From the NCBI GenBank assembly GCA_035403145.1, contig DAONEO010000004.1, positions 46,816 through 110,815 of the forward strand: 64,000 bases of DNA. Reading direction: 5' to 3'. The notes beneath the pieces were generated by a model that had not been told where the DNA came from, searched no databases, and saw nothing but the letters and a program-made list of their open reading frames with translations. The position numbers and the translations under genes were made by a program. Positions within the stretch are counted from its first letter, which is position 1. Each line of letters opens with the position of its first letter. This DNA is from Candidatus Omnitrophota bacterium (GTDB taxonomy: Bacteria > Omnitrophota > Gorgyraeia > Gygaellales > Profunditerraquicolaceae). This document shows positions 36,765 through 46,054 of this stretch, piece after piece.

Positions 36765-37493
36765 ATGCGTATGGGGAAGCGCATCATGTTAGGCAGTTGT
36801 TTGTTTTGGCTGGGGTTTATGAGTTGTGTTTTGGCGGAAGTTCCTACCTATAAAGGATTCCCCGTGTATCCGGACAGCTCTATAGATACGGTTGCACGAG
36901 AGGGCAATGATGAATTCACCACGAAAGAGGTATGTACAGCCGCGAATAAAGAGTCGAAGAACAAAGCTGCCGAGAAATATATAATGGATAATGCCGTAGC
37001 ATTGGGCTGGCGATTTATCCGCAAACAAGCTTATGAGTGCCCATGCCACGGGTTGGTTTTTGGCAAAGTCGATACGAAGGCCCATTACGTAGAAGTAATG
37101 TTTGAAGATGGCGGATTTGAAATAGACGATCCATTCCAAAAAAAGACTGTCCTTGATTTTGTAAAGCCTGTTGAGAATTCGATTAAATATAAATTCAGGG
37201 AGCATGGTTTACCGATATTGTATGAAGGCTTTCCTTTGGCATATAATACAGCAGATAGCTCTTTGTTTAATCGAATCAATACAGAAGAGGGAGTTGTTAT
37301 GGAGGCGTCTGCTGATTATAATGATCCCTCTGGCGTTCGATTCGATTATGATCTTCCCGAATTATATGGCTGGGAAAAAAAGGCATCTAGTGATTTTGTA
37401 TTCTCTGAAGCTACCTATACAAAGAATGGCGTGCGGGTGAAAACGTCTGTAAAAAATAGTAAGATTAGCATTGTTTTCTATAACCAGCCTTAA
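36765..37493 (+). CDS. Secreted protein, hypothetical
   Basis: A signal peptide MRMGKRIMLGSCLFWLGFMSCVLA is present, with no recognised domain. Confidence 0.4.
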   Translation: MRMGKRIMLGSCLFWLGFMSCVLAEVPTYKGFPVYPDSSIDTVAREGNDEFTTKEVCTAANKESKNKAAEKYIMDNAVALGWRFIRKQAYECPCHGLVFGKVDTKAHYVEVMFEDGGFEIDDPFQKKTVLDFVKPVENSIKYKFREHGLPILYEGFPLAYNTADSSLFNRINTEEGVVMEASADYNDPSGVRFDYDLPELYGWEKKASSDFVFSEATYTKNGVRVKTSVKNSKISIVFYNQP

Positions 37494-37628
37494 TCATTTA
37501 TGTATGGAGATGGAAGAGAAAGACGGGATATTAGCAATAAATTAGGTTTACGGTTTTCGGTTAACGGTTAGCGTCGGAATTTGCGCCGAACGCTGCTAAC
37601 AGGAGTTACTATTAAGGAGAAGAGACAT

Positions 37629-38378
37629 ATGCAAATGCAAAAAGATGTTCATATGACCGGAAAAGATTTGACAGCGATGGTGCAGCTGAGGCCGCAGGAT
37701 GTGGGTTCGTACGCGATCGTCCCCGGGCCGCGCGACAGACTGGATGTTCTCATGAAAAAGATCGAGAATCCGGTGCGTAATTTCTCTTTCATGGAATATA
37801 CGATGTATACCGGCACCTTCGAGGGAATCAAAGTGACGGGTATTAACGGCGGCCGGTTTTCGACGGATACTTCAATTACCTCGGAAGTTATGTGTAATGC
37901 CGGGATCAAGAATATCATCCGCATCGGTTCGTGCGGATCTCTTGATGAGAATATCCAAATCGGCGATTTGTTTATTGTAGATTCGGTTATCCGCGGTGAT
38001 GGAGTGACCCCGTATTACGTGAAACCGGATTTCAAAACTGTGGCCGATAAGAAAATATCGGATACCATGTTTGGCATAGCGCACGACATGGGATTAAAGG
38101 TGCACCGCGGTGTTGCCTGGACAACAGACGCTTTATTGCGTGAAACCCGGGAGATTGTCGAGGCAAAACGTACAGAAGGAGCCCAGGTTGTTGATATGGT
38201 TTCTTCAACGCTTTTAACGATTGCACAGACATATCATGTTAAAGCCGGCTCAATCCTGGCGGTGAGTGATAATGTTGTTACCGGTGAAATGGGATTTATG
38301 AATCCCCTGTATTACATGGCCGAGACGAATTTGATAAAAATAGCGCTTGAGACGGTTAAGAAACTGGAAGGCAAATAA
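37629..38378 (+). CDS. Purine/uridine nucleoside phosphorylase family (PNP_UDP_1) enzyme, candidate 5'-deoxyadenosine/MTA phosphorylase
   Basis: VPGPRDRLDVL and RIGSCGSL are motifs of the PNP/UDP/MTAP fold. An AAGGAGA RBS lies 8 nt before ATG 37629; the ORF opens at 37581. Confidence 0.6.
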   Translation: MQMQKDVHMTGKDLTAMVQLRPQDVGSYAIVPGPRDRLDVLMKKIENPVRNFSFMEYTMYTGTFEGIKVTGINGGRFSTDTSITSEVMCNAGIKNIIRIGSCGSLDENIQIGDLFIVDSVIRGDGVTPYYVKPDFKTVADKKISDTMFGIAHDMGLKVHRGVAWTTDALLRETREIVEAKRTEGAQVVDMVSSTLLTIAQTYHVKAGSILAVSDNVVTGEMGFMNPLYYMAETNLIKIALETVKKLEGK

Positions 38379-38477
38379 ATGGTCGATGGACGATAGCCAA
38401 TGGACGATGGTAAAGCCTAAATACAATCAAGGGTTTTAACAATTGACTATTGACCATAGACTATAGACTGCGAAGCT

Positions 38478-39416
38478 ATGAAGTATTCCCCATTATTTTG
38501 GCCCATTGAATATAAAGACGGCGTTATCCGCATTCTTGACGAGACACTGCTGCCGCATACCGTGCAGTATATTGAAGCGCGGACGTATCAGGATTGTTGT
38601 AACGCCATCAAGGAGATGAAAACGCGCGCCGTGGGGCAGGTGATCCTGGTTTTTTATACCTTTCTGATGGTGTTGGAACAGAATGCGAGTAAAAAGGATT
38701 TGTCCGGGATCATTGCGCACGTTGCCGAAGCAATGAACGCGACTCGGCCGACGCTTTCTTTCAAATACCTGACGGATATGATTCTTGGATGGCACAAAAA
38801 AGGAGCGCCGCTTGAGCAGAGCATTGAAGGATTCCTTGAGATGCTCAAGGCAAAACGTATTCAACAAGCCGAGGATGCCAGTAATCTCTTAAGTGACAAA
38901 GATGTTGTTTTAACACATTGCAATATGAGCGGTCTTATGCCTTTGATCGCGGAGTTTGCCGAAGAGCATGGCAAGGCGATAAGTTTCTTTGTCACGGAAA
39001 CACGTCCGTATCTGCAAGGCTCGCGTTTGACTGCCTGGGAATTACATGAGGCGGGGTACCCGGTGACAATTATTGCCGATAATATGGTGGCAGCGGTGAT
39101 GGCTGAGGGAAAGATTTCGAAAGTTATCGTTGGTGCTGACCACTTAACGCAGAATGGCGATATTGCAAATAAAATCGGCACCTATCAAATTGCGCTCTTA
39201 GCAAAGCATTTCCACATACCTTTTTATGTTATTTGTCCGCCGCCATCGTCATTAAAAACCGGCAAGGATATCCATATCGAGATCCGCCCGGATACAGAGT
39301 TACTCGAATATCAGGGGATTTGTCTTGCTCCTAAAGGGTGCAAAGGGTATTATCCTGCGTTTGATGTGACGCCGAATGATTTAATTACCAAGCATATTTA
39401 TCTGGAGGTGCGTTAG
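38478..39416 (+). CDS. mtnA: eIF-2B alpha/beta/delta-related sugar-phosphate isomerase (MtnA-like 5-(methylthio/deoxy)ribose-1-phosphate isomerase)
   Basis: GADHLTQNGDIANKIGTYQIALLAKHFHIPFYVICP is the conserved MtnA/e2b2 C-terminal motif. Confidence 0.7.
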   Translation: MKYSPLFWPIEYKDGVIRILDETLLPHTVQYIEARTYQDCCNAIKEMKTRAVGQVILVFYTFLMVLEQNASKKDLSGIIAHVAEAMNATRPTLSFKYLTDMILGWHKKGAPLEQSIEGFLEMLKAKRIQQAEDASNLLSDKDVVLTHCNMSGLMPLIAEFAEEHGKAISFFVTETRPYLQGSRLTAWELHEAGYPVTIIADNMVAAVMAEGKISKVIVGADHLTQNGDIANKIGTYQIALLAKHFHIPFYVICPPPSSLKTGKDIHIEIRPDTELLEYQGICLAPKGCKGYYPAFDVTPNDLITKHIYLEVR

Positions 39417-40418
39417 ATGTATGACCATCAGAGGAAGATGAAAGAAGAGATCATAAAGATCGGCCGGCGCCTCTATGCGCAAGGCTTAGCAGTGGCTAAA
39501 TCGGGGAATTTAAGCTGTCGTTTAGATGCCGAACATATTTTAATCACCGCGACAGGTACCCGTTTAGGTGAATTGGATTATGACGATATTGTAAAAGTGA
39601 ATGTTTCTTCCGGAGAATCGGCTGACGGGAAGAAACCGAGTTCTGAATTGCCGTTACATGGTCTGATTTATAAGAATTTTCCTGCCAAAGCGGTGATTCA
39701 TGCGCATCCGCCGTTGACCAACGGCTATTTTGCAGTACGGGATACGCTGGAGGCGCTGACTTTTGAAACGAAATTTTATATAGGTAATGTGCCGTGCGTT
39801 ACGCAAGAGACCCCGACGGTTACCAAGCCAGACCAGGTGATCGATGCTTTGAAAGCGAATAAGCTGGTGGTGTTGAAGAACCATGGTATTGTTGCCATGG
39901 CGGATAAATTCGACGATGCTTTGGAGTTAGTGGAAGCGCTGGAAGAAGCGGTTAAGACCGCGGCGCTTGCGCATATTTTTTCGCAAGGCGCTTCTGCTGC
40001 CGCACAATCGCAGCGTATCGAGGGGGTATCTTCAACCGAGAGTGCATACGACATGTTCTCACGCGAGCATATTCAGGCGATTGTTGACCTGGTTAATAAA
40101 GATACGTTCATCGCACAAAAAGGCCAGGAGCTTGATCTGACGGTGCAGCTTGCTATAAAAATGGATGGCGCGCAAGACGCATTTAAATTCAATTTTGAAA
40201 AAGGCAGAATTATCCGGCTTGATTTCGATGATAACGCGCCGTTTGTGATTTCAGCGCCTGCTGCAACGTGGGAGCAGGTGTTTCATGGCAAGCTCGATTC
40301 ATTTGTCGCGGTAACGCAAGGGAAAATGAATTTGAAGGGCGAGCTCGGCAAGCTTTCCCGCTGGTATGTGCCCTTTACCAGGCTCTTTGAACTTTTTAAG
40401 CAGGTAAAGATTAAGTAA
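39417..40418 (+). CDS. Class II aldolase/adducin-family protein (MtnB / MTRu-1-P aldolase-like) fused to a C-terminal SCP2-like domain
   Basis: The N-terminal ~200 aa carry ...AKSGNLSCRLD... and VIHAHPP of the class II aldolase fold. The C-terminal ~120 aa end in ...AVTQGKMNLKGELGKLSRW, an SCP2 sterol-carrier signature. Confidence 0.6.
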   Translation: MYDHQRKMKEEIIKIGRRLYAQGLAVAKSGNLSCRLDAEHILITATGTRLGELDYDDIVKVNVSSGESADGKKPSSELPLHGLIYKNFPAKAVIHAHPPLTNGYFAVRDTLEALTFETKFYIGNVPCVTQETPTVTKPDQVIDALKANKLVVLKNHGIVAMADKFDDALELVEALEEAVKTAALAHIFSQGASAAAQSQRIEGVSSTESAYDMFSREHIQAIVDLVNKDTFIAQKGQELDLTVQLAIKMDGAQDAFKFNFEKGRIIRLDFDDNAPFVISAPAATWEQVFHGKLDSFVAVTQGKMNLKGELGKLSRWYVPFTRLFELFKQVKIK

Positions 40419-40440
40419 TAGATGCGGGTTCCACGGTCAC

Positions 40441-40475
40441 ACGTCACAAGTAAGAACTTTTTGTACTTGTGACGT
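40441..40475. promoter_or_regulatory. Perfect 12-bp inverted repeat ACGTCACAAGTA-N11-TACTTGTGACGT, a candidate operator
   Basis: Read directly from the sequence. It lies 30 nt upstream of the ALDH start and contains TCACA/TGTGA half-sites. Confidence 0.4.
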
Positions 40476-40505
40476 TGCAACCCTGCCAATGTTCAGGATC
40501 TCATT

Positions 40506-41990
40506 ATGAGTATTTATTCGCCTTACATTAACGGCCAATTTAAAGAAACCAGCCAGAAGCGCGATGTGATTGATCCATCGACGGGCGAAGTTTTTGCGCA
40601 GGCGGGGCTTGCTTCACGCGAAGATGTTGAAGAGGCGCTTATTGCGGCGCGTCTTGCTTTTGATTACGGCGAATGGCCGCGCCTGCCGCTTTCCGAGAGA
40701 AAAATATATATCCAGAAAATTTGTGATGGTATCCTTGCAAAGGCGGGAGAGCTAGCGGCGCTTGAAACCCGGAATACAGGTAAGCCGATCAAGGAATCGA
40801 CCTTCATGGATATTCCCTCTGCCGCAAGGACCTTTCGGCACTTTGCCGATCATCTGGAAGAATATGTAAAGCCGGAGATTCTCAATGTGGAAAATGCGCA
40901 GTCGACACTCCTGCGTGAGCCTCGTGGTGTTGTCGTGCTTATCGTCCCCTGGAATTATCCGCTTCTTATCGCCTCATGGAAACTTGCTTCTGCTTTGGCA
41001 GCAGGTAATACGGTTATTCTCAAACCTTCCAGCCTAACACCCCTCACCGTATTGGAATTGGCAAAGATACTTCATGCGGCAGGTTTGCCCAAAGGCGTCG
41101 TTAATATTGTAAATGCCGACGGATCGTTGATGAGCGAGACGCTTTGTAAAGATAGTCGCGTTGATATGATTTCTTTTACCGGCAGCAATGAAGTCGGGAA
41201 AAAGATCATTGAAAATTCGGCAGCTTCTGCAAAAAAGCTTATTTTGGAGCTTGGCGGAAAATCAGCTTCAATTGTTTGTAAAGATGCGGATCTGGAACTA
41301 GCGGTCAATGGCGCGCTTTGTTCGGCATTTTTGAATGGCGGGCAGATGTGTACGCAGATGTCGCGCATTTTTGTTGATGAAAGTATTTATGATGATTTCG
41401 TCGGCGAATTTGTTGCAAAGGCCAAGAGAATAAAGGTGGGGCCGGGGGCTGATTATGAAACGCAGATCGGTCCGCTTGTTTCTCGAGCGCAACAGGAGCG
41501 CTGCAAAGATTTTGTTGATAAAGCAAAGCAGGAAGGTGCGCGGGTTTTGTGCGGCGGAGGAATTCCCCGTCATAATGGTTTTTATTTTGAGCCGACGGTT
41601 TTAGCTGGGGTCACGAATAAAATGGGGATCTTTCATGAAGAAGTTTTTGGGCCTGTTGTTTGTATCGGTACATTTTCTTCTGTTGATGATGCGGTTATGC
41701 AGGTAAATGATAGCGATTTTGGGCTTGCGGCGGCTCTTTGGTCGCTCGATACGAAGAACGCACCTGCAATTGCCAGCCGGCTTAATGTCGGCACCGTATG
41801 GATTAATACCTATGGCATGTTTTATCCGGAATTGCCCTATGGCGGATGCAAGCAGAGCGGTTTTGGAAAAGAGCTGGGGAGGGAAGGATTTTTAGAATAC
41901 ACGAGGTTAAAGAATATCTTTCTTGACCGCACGCAGGGCGCTAAGCCGCTGGTCAATTATTGGTATGGTTTATCGCACGGAGGTGTTTAA
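40506..41990 (+). CDS. NAD(P)-dependent aldehyde dehydrogenase
   Basis: ELGGKSASIV is the Glu-active-site region, and FLNGGQMCTQMSRIFV contains the catalytic Cys. Confidence 0.85.
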   Translation: MSIYSPYINGQFKETSQKRDVIDPSTGEVFAQAGLASREDVEEALIAARLAFDYGEWPRLPLSERKIYIQKICDGILAKAGELAALETRNTGKPIKESTFMDIPSAARTFRHFADHLEEYVKPEILNVENAQSTLLREPRGVVVLIVPWNYPLLIASWKLASALAAGNTVILKPSSLTPLTVLELAKILHAAGLPKGVVNIVNADGSLMSETLCKDSRVDMISFTGSNEVGKKIIENSAASAKKLILELGGKSASIVCKDADLELAVNGALCSAFLNGGQMCTQMSRIFVDESIYDDFVGEFVAKAKRIKVGPGADYETQIGPLVSRAQQERCKDFVDKAKQEGARVLCGGGIPRHNGFYFEPTVLAGVTNKMGIFHEEVFGPVVCIGTFSSVDDAVMQVNDSDFGLAAALWSLDTKNAPAIASRLNVGTVWINTYGMFYPELPYGGCKQSGFGKELGREGFLEYTRLKNIFLDRTQGAKPLVNYWYGLSHGGV

Positions 41991-43498
41991 TGGACGTTAT
42001 TAAACTTTTGCAGAAACGCGCGGAAGAGTTTCCTTCAAAACCGGCTGTGATTGCCCGGGGGAATCCTGTTACATTTTCCCAATTGAGGGATACTGTTTTC
42101 AAACTTGCCGATAGCTTGGAAAAACTCGGAGTTAAAAAAGGCGATGCGGTCGCAATTTATCTTCCCGGTTGCCCGGAATATATGTATAGCTATTTGGCGG
42201 TCTGGTGCCTGGGCGCGGTTGCCGTCCCCCTTGATTATATGTTAACCGGCGATGAGCTTATTTCCTGTTTGGGCCATTCCGAAGCAGTACTCTTGATCGC
42301 CCGGCCAAAGCCGATCGTATCATTTGATACGATTAAAAGTCAAAGCCCCGCGCTTAAAGATATCGTTGTTTGCCAGGCGCACGAATCATCGCTGCCGTTG
42401 TTTGAATCGCTTCTGGAACATGGCACGCCGGCACTACGTGTGTCATCTGTATCGGAACGGGACCGCGCGATCATTTTCTATACGTCCGGCACAACAGGGA
42501 AACCCAAGGGGGTTATCATTAATTATCGGCAGTTGGGAGCGCCTCCTGAATCAATGGGTTTTTTTGTGGGTGATCTTTCAAGCCAGGATGTGGCGTTGTG
42601 CGCGTTGCCGTTTTCGCATCTCGGCGGGCTTATCTATATCCTTAATTGTATTGCTTTCGGGATGACGTTTGTTTTGATGGAGCGTTTTGTCCCGGCGGAG
42701 TTTTTGAAAAATATTCAGCAATATAAAGTAACCTGTTTCTGGATTGTTCCCTCAATGTACTATGCGTTTTTACAGCTGAAGGAATTTGAAAGTATTGGTT
42801 TGTCGAGTTTGCGGTGGATGGTTACTTTTGGTGCTTCCAATTCTCCTGATGCGTTGCGCCGCTTCCAGCAGTATTGCCCGAAGGCGCATTTATTGAACGG
42901 CTGGGGTTTAACTGAGACAAACGCGCCGACGACGGTTATCCCCCGCGGTTCAAACAAGATCGAGAGTGTTGGCAGGCCCGCGCCCTGGATTGATGTTAAG
43001 ATTTTTGACGATGCCGATAAACCGCTTCCGGCAGGCAGTGTCGGAGAGGTGGTGGTAAAAAGCTGGGTCGTTACCCAAGGATATTTTAAGGATCCGGAAC
43101 TTACCGCCGAGACGATTAAAAACGGCTGGTTCCACACCGGTGATTTGGGAAGATTGGATGCCGAAGGGCTCTTATATATTGTCGGCCGGAAAAAAGAGAT
43201 GATTAAGGTTTCGGGTGAAATTGTTTTCGAGCCGGAAGTTGAGGCTGCAATCCATAAACATCCGGCAATCGCGGAAGTCGCAGTCATCGGTGTGCCGGAT
43301 ACCCTGCGGGGAGAGATCCCGAAAGCGTTTATTGTTGTGAAACCTCAGGAAAATACGGACGGTGAAGACCTGCGGCAGTTCTGCCGGCAACACTTGGCGC
43401 ATTTTAAAGTTCCTCACTATTTTGAATTTGTCACAGAACTCCCTAAAAACCGCACCGGTAAGATCGATAAAGAACTGTTGCGGCGGAAAGGGCTCTAG
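41990..43498 (+). CDS. AMP-dependent synthetase/ligase (acyl- or aryl-CoA ligase)
   Basis: IFYTSGTTGKPKGV is the AMP-binding motif I. YGLTET and ...GWFHTGDLG follow. A GGAGGTG RBS precedes the start, and the ATG overlaps the ALDH stop as TAATG. The ORF opens at 41960. Confidence 0.85.
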   Translation: MDVIKLLQKRAEEFPSKPAVIARGNPVTFSQLRDTVFKLADSLEKLGVKKGDAVAIYLPGCPEYMYSYLAVWCLGAVAVPLDYMLTGDELISCLGHSEAVLLIARPKPIVSFDTIKSQSPALKDIVVCQAHESSLPLFESLLEHGTPALRVSSVSERDRAIIFYTSGTTGKPKGVIINYRQLGAPPESMGFFVGDLSSQDVALCALPFSHLGGLIYILNCIAFGMTFVLMERFVPAEFLKNIQQYKVTCFWIVPSMYYAFLQLKEFESIGLSSLRWMVTFGASNSPDALRRFQQYCPKAHLLNGWGLTETNAPTTVIPRGSNKIESVGRPAPWIDVKIFDDADKPLPAGSVGEVVVKSWVVTQGYFKDPELTAETIKNGWFHTGDLGRLDAEGLLYIVGRKKEMIKVSGEIVFEPEVEAAIHKHPAIAEVAVIGVPDTLRGEIPKAFIVVKPQENTDGEDLRQFCRQHLAHFKVPHYFEFVTELPKNRTGKIDKELLRRKGL

Positions 43499-43642
43499 AG
43501 TTCTGATACAAGAAGAGAATTGGTCGTAACGTCATAAAGTCATACCAACACAAGCAACTATGAACATCTGCTATTTGTGCTTCTTTGTGGCGTATGACGG
43601 TGTGACTTTACCTCGTGCACCATCGTGAGGGTATAATAAGAA

Positions 43643-44962
43643 TTGCGAAGTCACGTGAAAGAAGGCAGAGTTAAACAGAGCTTGCGGGTTTCTTTCTGGG
43701 ACGGAGTTTTTTACGCCTGCATGACCGGGCTTGTTTCTGATTATTTGACTCCGTATGCGCTTGCCTTGAAGGCGACTCCCGGCGATATCGGCATTCTTGC
43801 TGCGGCTCCCAGTTTAGTCGCAACGCTGACTCAATCCAAAGCCCCTGATTTGACCGAGCGTTTCAAAAGTCGCACGACCACGATAAATCTCTTTGTGTTC
43901 ATGCAGGCGCTGATGCTGATACCGATCATGGCTATTCCGTATTTGTTCAAAGCAAATCCCGTTATTGCCCTCATTATTTTTGCGACACTCTTTACCGCGT
44001 TCGGCGGTTTGGCGAATCCCCCCTGGGCGGGGTTAATGGCGGAGTATATCCCGGCGCGGAAACGGGGAGCATATTTTGGCTGGCGCAATAAAATTACCGG
44101 TATTGTTACCGTCGCGGCGTCGTTTGTTTCCGGATTTATTTTGTTCCGTTTGACGCATAATATCTTCGTTGCTTTTCTGACAATTCTCATCTTGGCTTTC
44201 ATCTGTCGTCTTATTTCATGGGGGTTCCTTACGCGGATGTACGAGCCTCGTTTTGCGCCGGCGCGGGAAGATTATTTCAGTATTTGGGATTTTATTAAGC
44301 GTATGCGTCAAACAAATTTCGGCAAGTTTGTTTTTTTTGCCGCCAGTTTTAATTTTTGTGTGCAGATTGCCGCTCCGTTCTTTCCCGTTTTCATGCTCAA
44401 GGATTTGCAGTTTAATTATTTGACCTATACCCTTTTAACGATCACCGTGACAGCGGCCCAGATAATTGCCATTGACCGCTGGGGGATGCTTGCCGACAGA
44501 ACCGGTAACATCAAAGTTCTCAAGGTTTGTTCCCTGCTTATTGCTTTTAACCCGCTCTTTTGGATCATCAATCGGCATCCGGCATATCTTATTTTTGCCC
44601 AGATTGCCGCCGGATTTTCGTGGGCGGGGTTTAATATCTGCGCAACTAATTTCATTTATGATGCGGTAACCCCGCAAAAGCGGGTGCGGTGCATCGCTTA
44701 TTTCAACGTATTGGTCGGGTTAGGAATATTCCTGGGCGCTTTGTGCGGCGGACTGCTTGCTACGCGTATGCCGATCCTCTTTGGATACCGCCTGCTTTCG
44801 CTTTTTTTGCTTGCCAGTATTATGCGTTTTGCCGTTATTGCGATTATGGCGCCCCGGATACACGAGGTTCGGCGTGCAGCGGAACCGATGAGGAAACGGG
44901 ATTTATTTTACAGCGTTATCGGCATCAAGCCGTTAACCGAAGGACAGAGCCTTAAAGAATAA
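43643..44962 (+). CDS. MFS transporter (second)
   Basis: Twelve TM helices are predicted. It has a TTG or GTG start, with GAGGGT upstream. Confidence 0.6.
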   Translation: MRSHVKEGRVKQSLRVSFWDGVFYACMTGLVSDYLTPYALALKATPGDIGILAAAPSLVATLTQSKAPDLTERFKSRTTTINLFVFMQALMLIPIMAIPYLFKANPVIALIIFATLFTAFGGLANPPWAGLMAEYIPARKRGAYFGWRNKITGIVTVAASFVSGFILFRLTHNIFVAFLTILILAFICRLISWGFLTRMYEPRFAPAREDYFSIWDFIKRMRQTNFGKFVFFAASFNFCVQIAAPFFPVFMLKDLQFNYLTYTLLTITVTAAQIIAIDRWGMLADRTGNIKVLKVCSLLIAFNPLFWIINRHPAYLIFAQIAAGFSWAGFNICATNFIYDAVTPQKRVRCIAYFNVLVGLGIFLGALCGGLLATRMPILFGYRLLSLFLLASIMRFAVIAIMAPRIHEVRRAAEPMRKRDLFYSVIGIKPLTEGQSLKE

Positions 44963-45010
44963 CAACGAGCCTGTTTCACTGCGTTCGTAGAATAGGTAGA
45001 GGGCGGCAGT

Positions 45011-46054
45011 ATGCGGGATATAAAAGAACTTTCACAGTCACAGCTGGAAGCGATTGTTTTGGGTTGGGGATTAAAGCGTTTTTACGCCGGGGAGATTTTT
45101 CAATGGATCTTTCAAAAAGGTATTGTTGACTTTTCGAAAATGAGCAATCTGCCGCGCCACCTTCGTGAAAAATTACTCGCTGAATTCCGGATTACCAGCC
45201 TTTCCATACAAGAAGTTGTTACTTCAAAAGACGGAACGGAGAAATTGCTCCTGGAGCTTTCCGATGGGAATGTTGTAGAGGCGGTCATTATTCCTACCGC
45301 TGCGCGGGTGACAATCTGTATTTCTTCGCAGGTTGGGTGTAAATTCGCCTGCCGCTTTTGCGCCAGCGGTCTGAAGGGATTTCAGCGTGATTTAACTGTC
45401 GCAGAAATTATCGATGAAGTGCTGCTTCTTAAAAATCGTCTTAATGTGCAAAAGCGGAATTTGACCCATGTGGTTTTTATGGGGACAGGAGAGCCGCTTG
45501 ATAATTACGATACTGTTTTGCAAGCTGTGAGAATTTTAAACGATGAGTCCGGTTTTCATATCGGTGCCCGGCGCATCACGATTTCCACGTGTGGAATTAT
45601 CCCTGGTATTAAGCGGTTGTCGGAAGAGGGGATACAGGTTGAGCTTTCCATTTCTTTGCATGCTGCGGATGAGTTGACGCGGGAGAAACTTATGCCGGTT
45701 AATCATAAATACCCGCTGAAAGATTTAATTGAAACATGCAAAGAGTATGTTGAACGGACTAATCGCCAAATCACCTTTGAATATATACTCTTGCAAGGTC
45801 TTAATGCTGATTTGCAAACTGCTCAAAAATTGGGTATACTATTACAGGGTGTACGGCTTGCCAAGGTGAATCTTATCCCCGCAAACTATATCCCCGAGTT
45901 GGGCTTGAAACCGCCTGCGCATGAAGAAATTCATGCGTTTAAAGAAGTCCTTCTTCAGGCAGGTATTCATGTTACGGTAAGGGCTTCGCGCGGCGAGGAT
46001 ATTGAAGCCGCCTGCGGGCAATTGAGGTTGCGTCATGAAACAGGAAAATCGTAA
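45011..46054 (+). CDS. rlmN: 23S rRNA (adenine2503-C2)/tRNA methyltransferase RlmN (radical SAM)
   Basis: ICISSQVGCKFACRFCASG is the RlmN/Cfr-type CxxxCxxC context, and the C-terminus ...EAACGQL is as in RlmN. Confidence 0.85.
   Translation: MRDIKELSQSQLEAIVLGWGLKRFYAGEIFQWIFQKGIVDFSKMSNLPRHLREKLLAEFRITSLSIQEVVTSKDGTEKLLLELSDGNVVEAVIIPTAARVTICISSQVGCKFACRFCASGLKGFQRDLTVAEIIDEVLLLKNRLNVQKRNLTHVVFMGTGEPLDNYDTVLQAVRILNDESGFHIGARRITISTCGIIPGIKRLSEEGIQVELSISLHAADELTREKLMPVNHKYPLKDLIETCKEYVERTNRQITFEYILLQGLNADLQTAQKLGILLQGVRLAKVNLIPANYIPELGLKPPAHEEIHAFKEVLLQAGIHVTVRASRGEDIEAACGQLRLRHETGKS

Noticed and set aside
43501-43642. Possible operator-like repeats (GTCATAAAGTCATA / TATGACGGTGTGACTTTA, GTCACGTGA) upstream of the second MFS gene
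   Set aside because: They are imperfect and present as a single instance. I could not establish a consistent dyad, so I mention them but do not call them.
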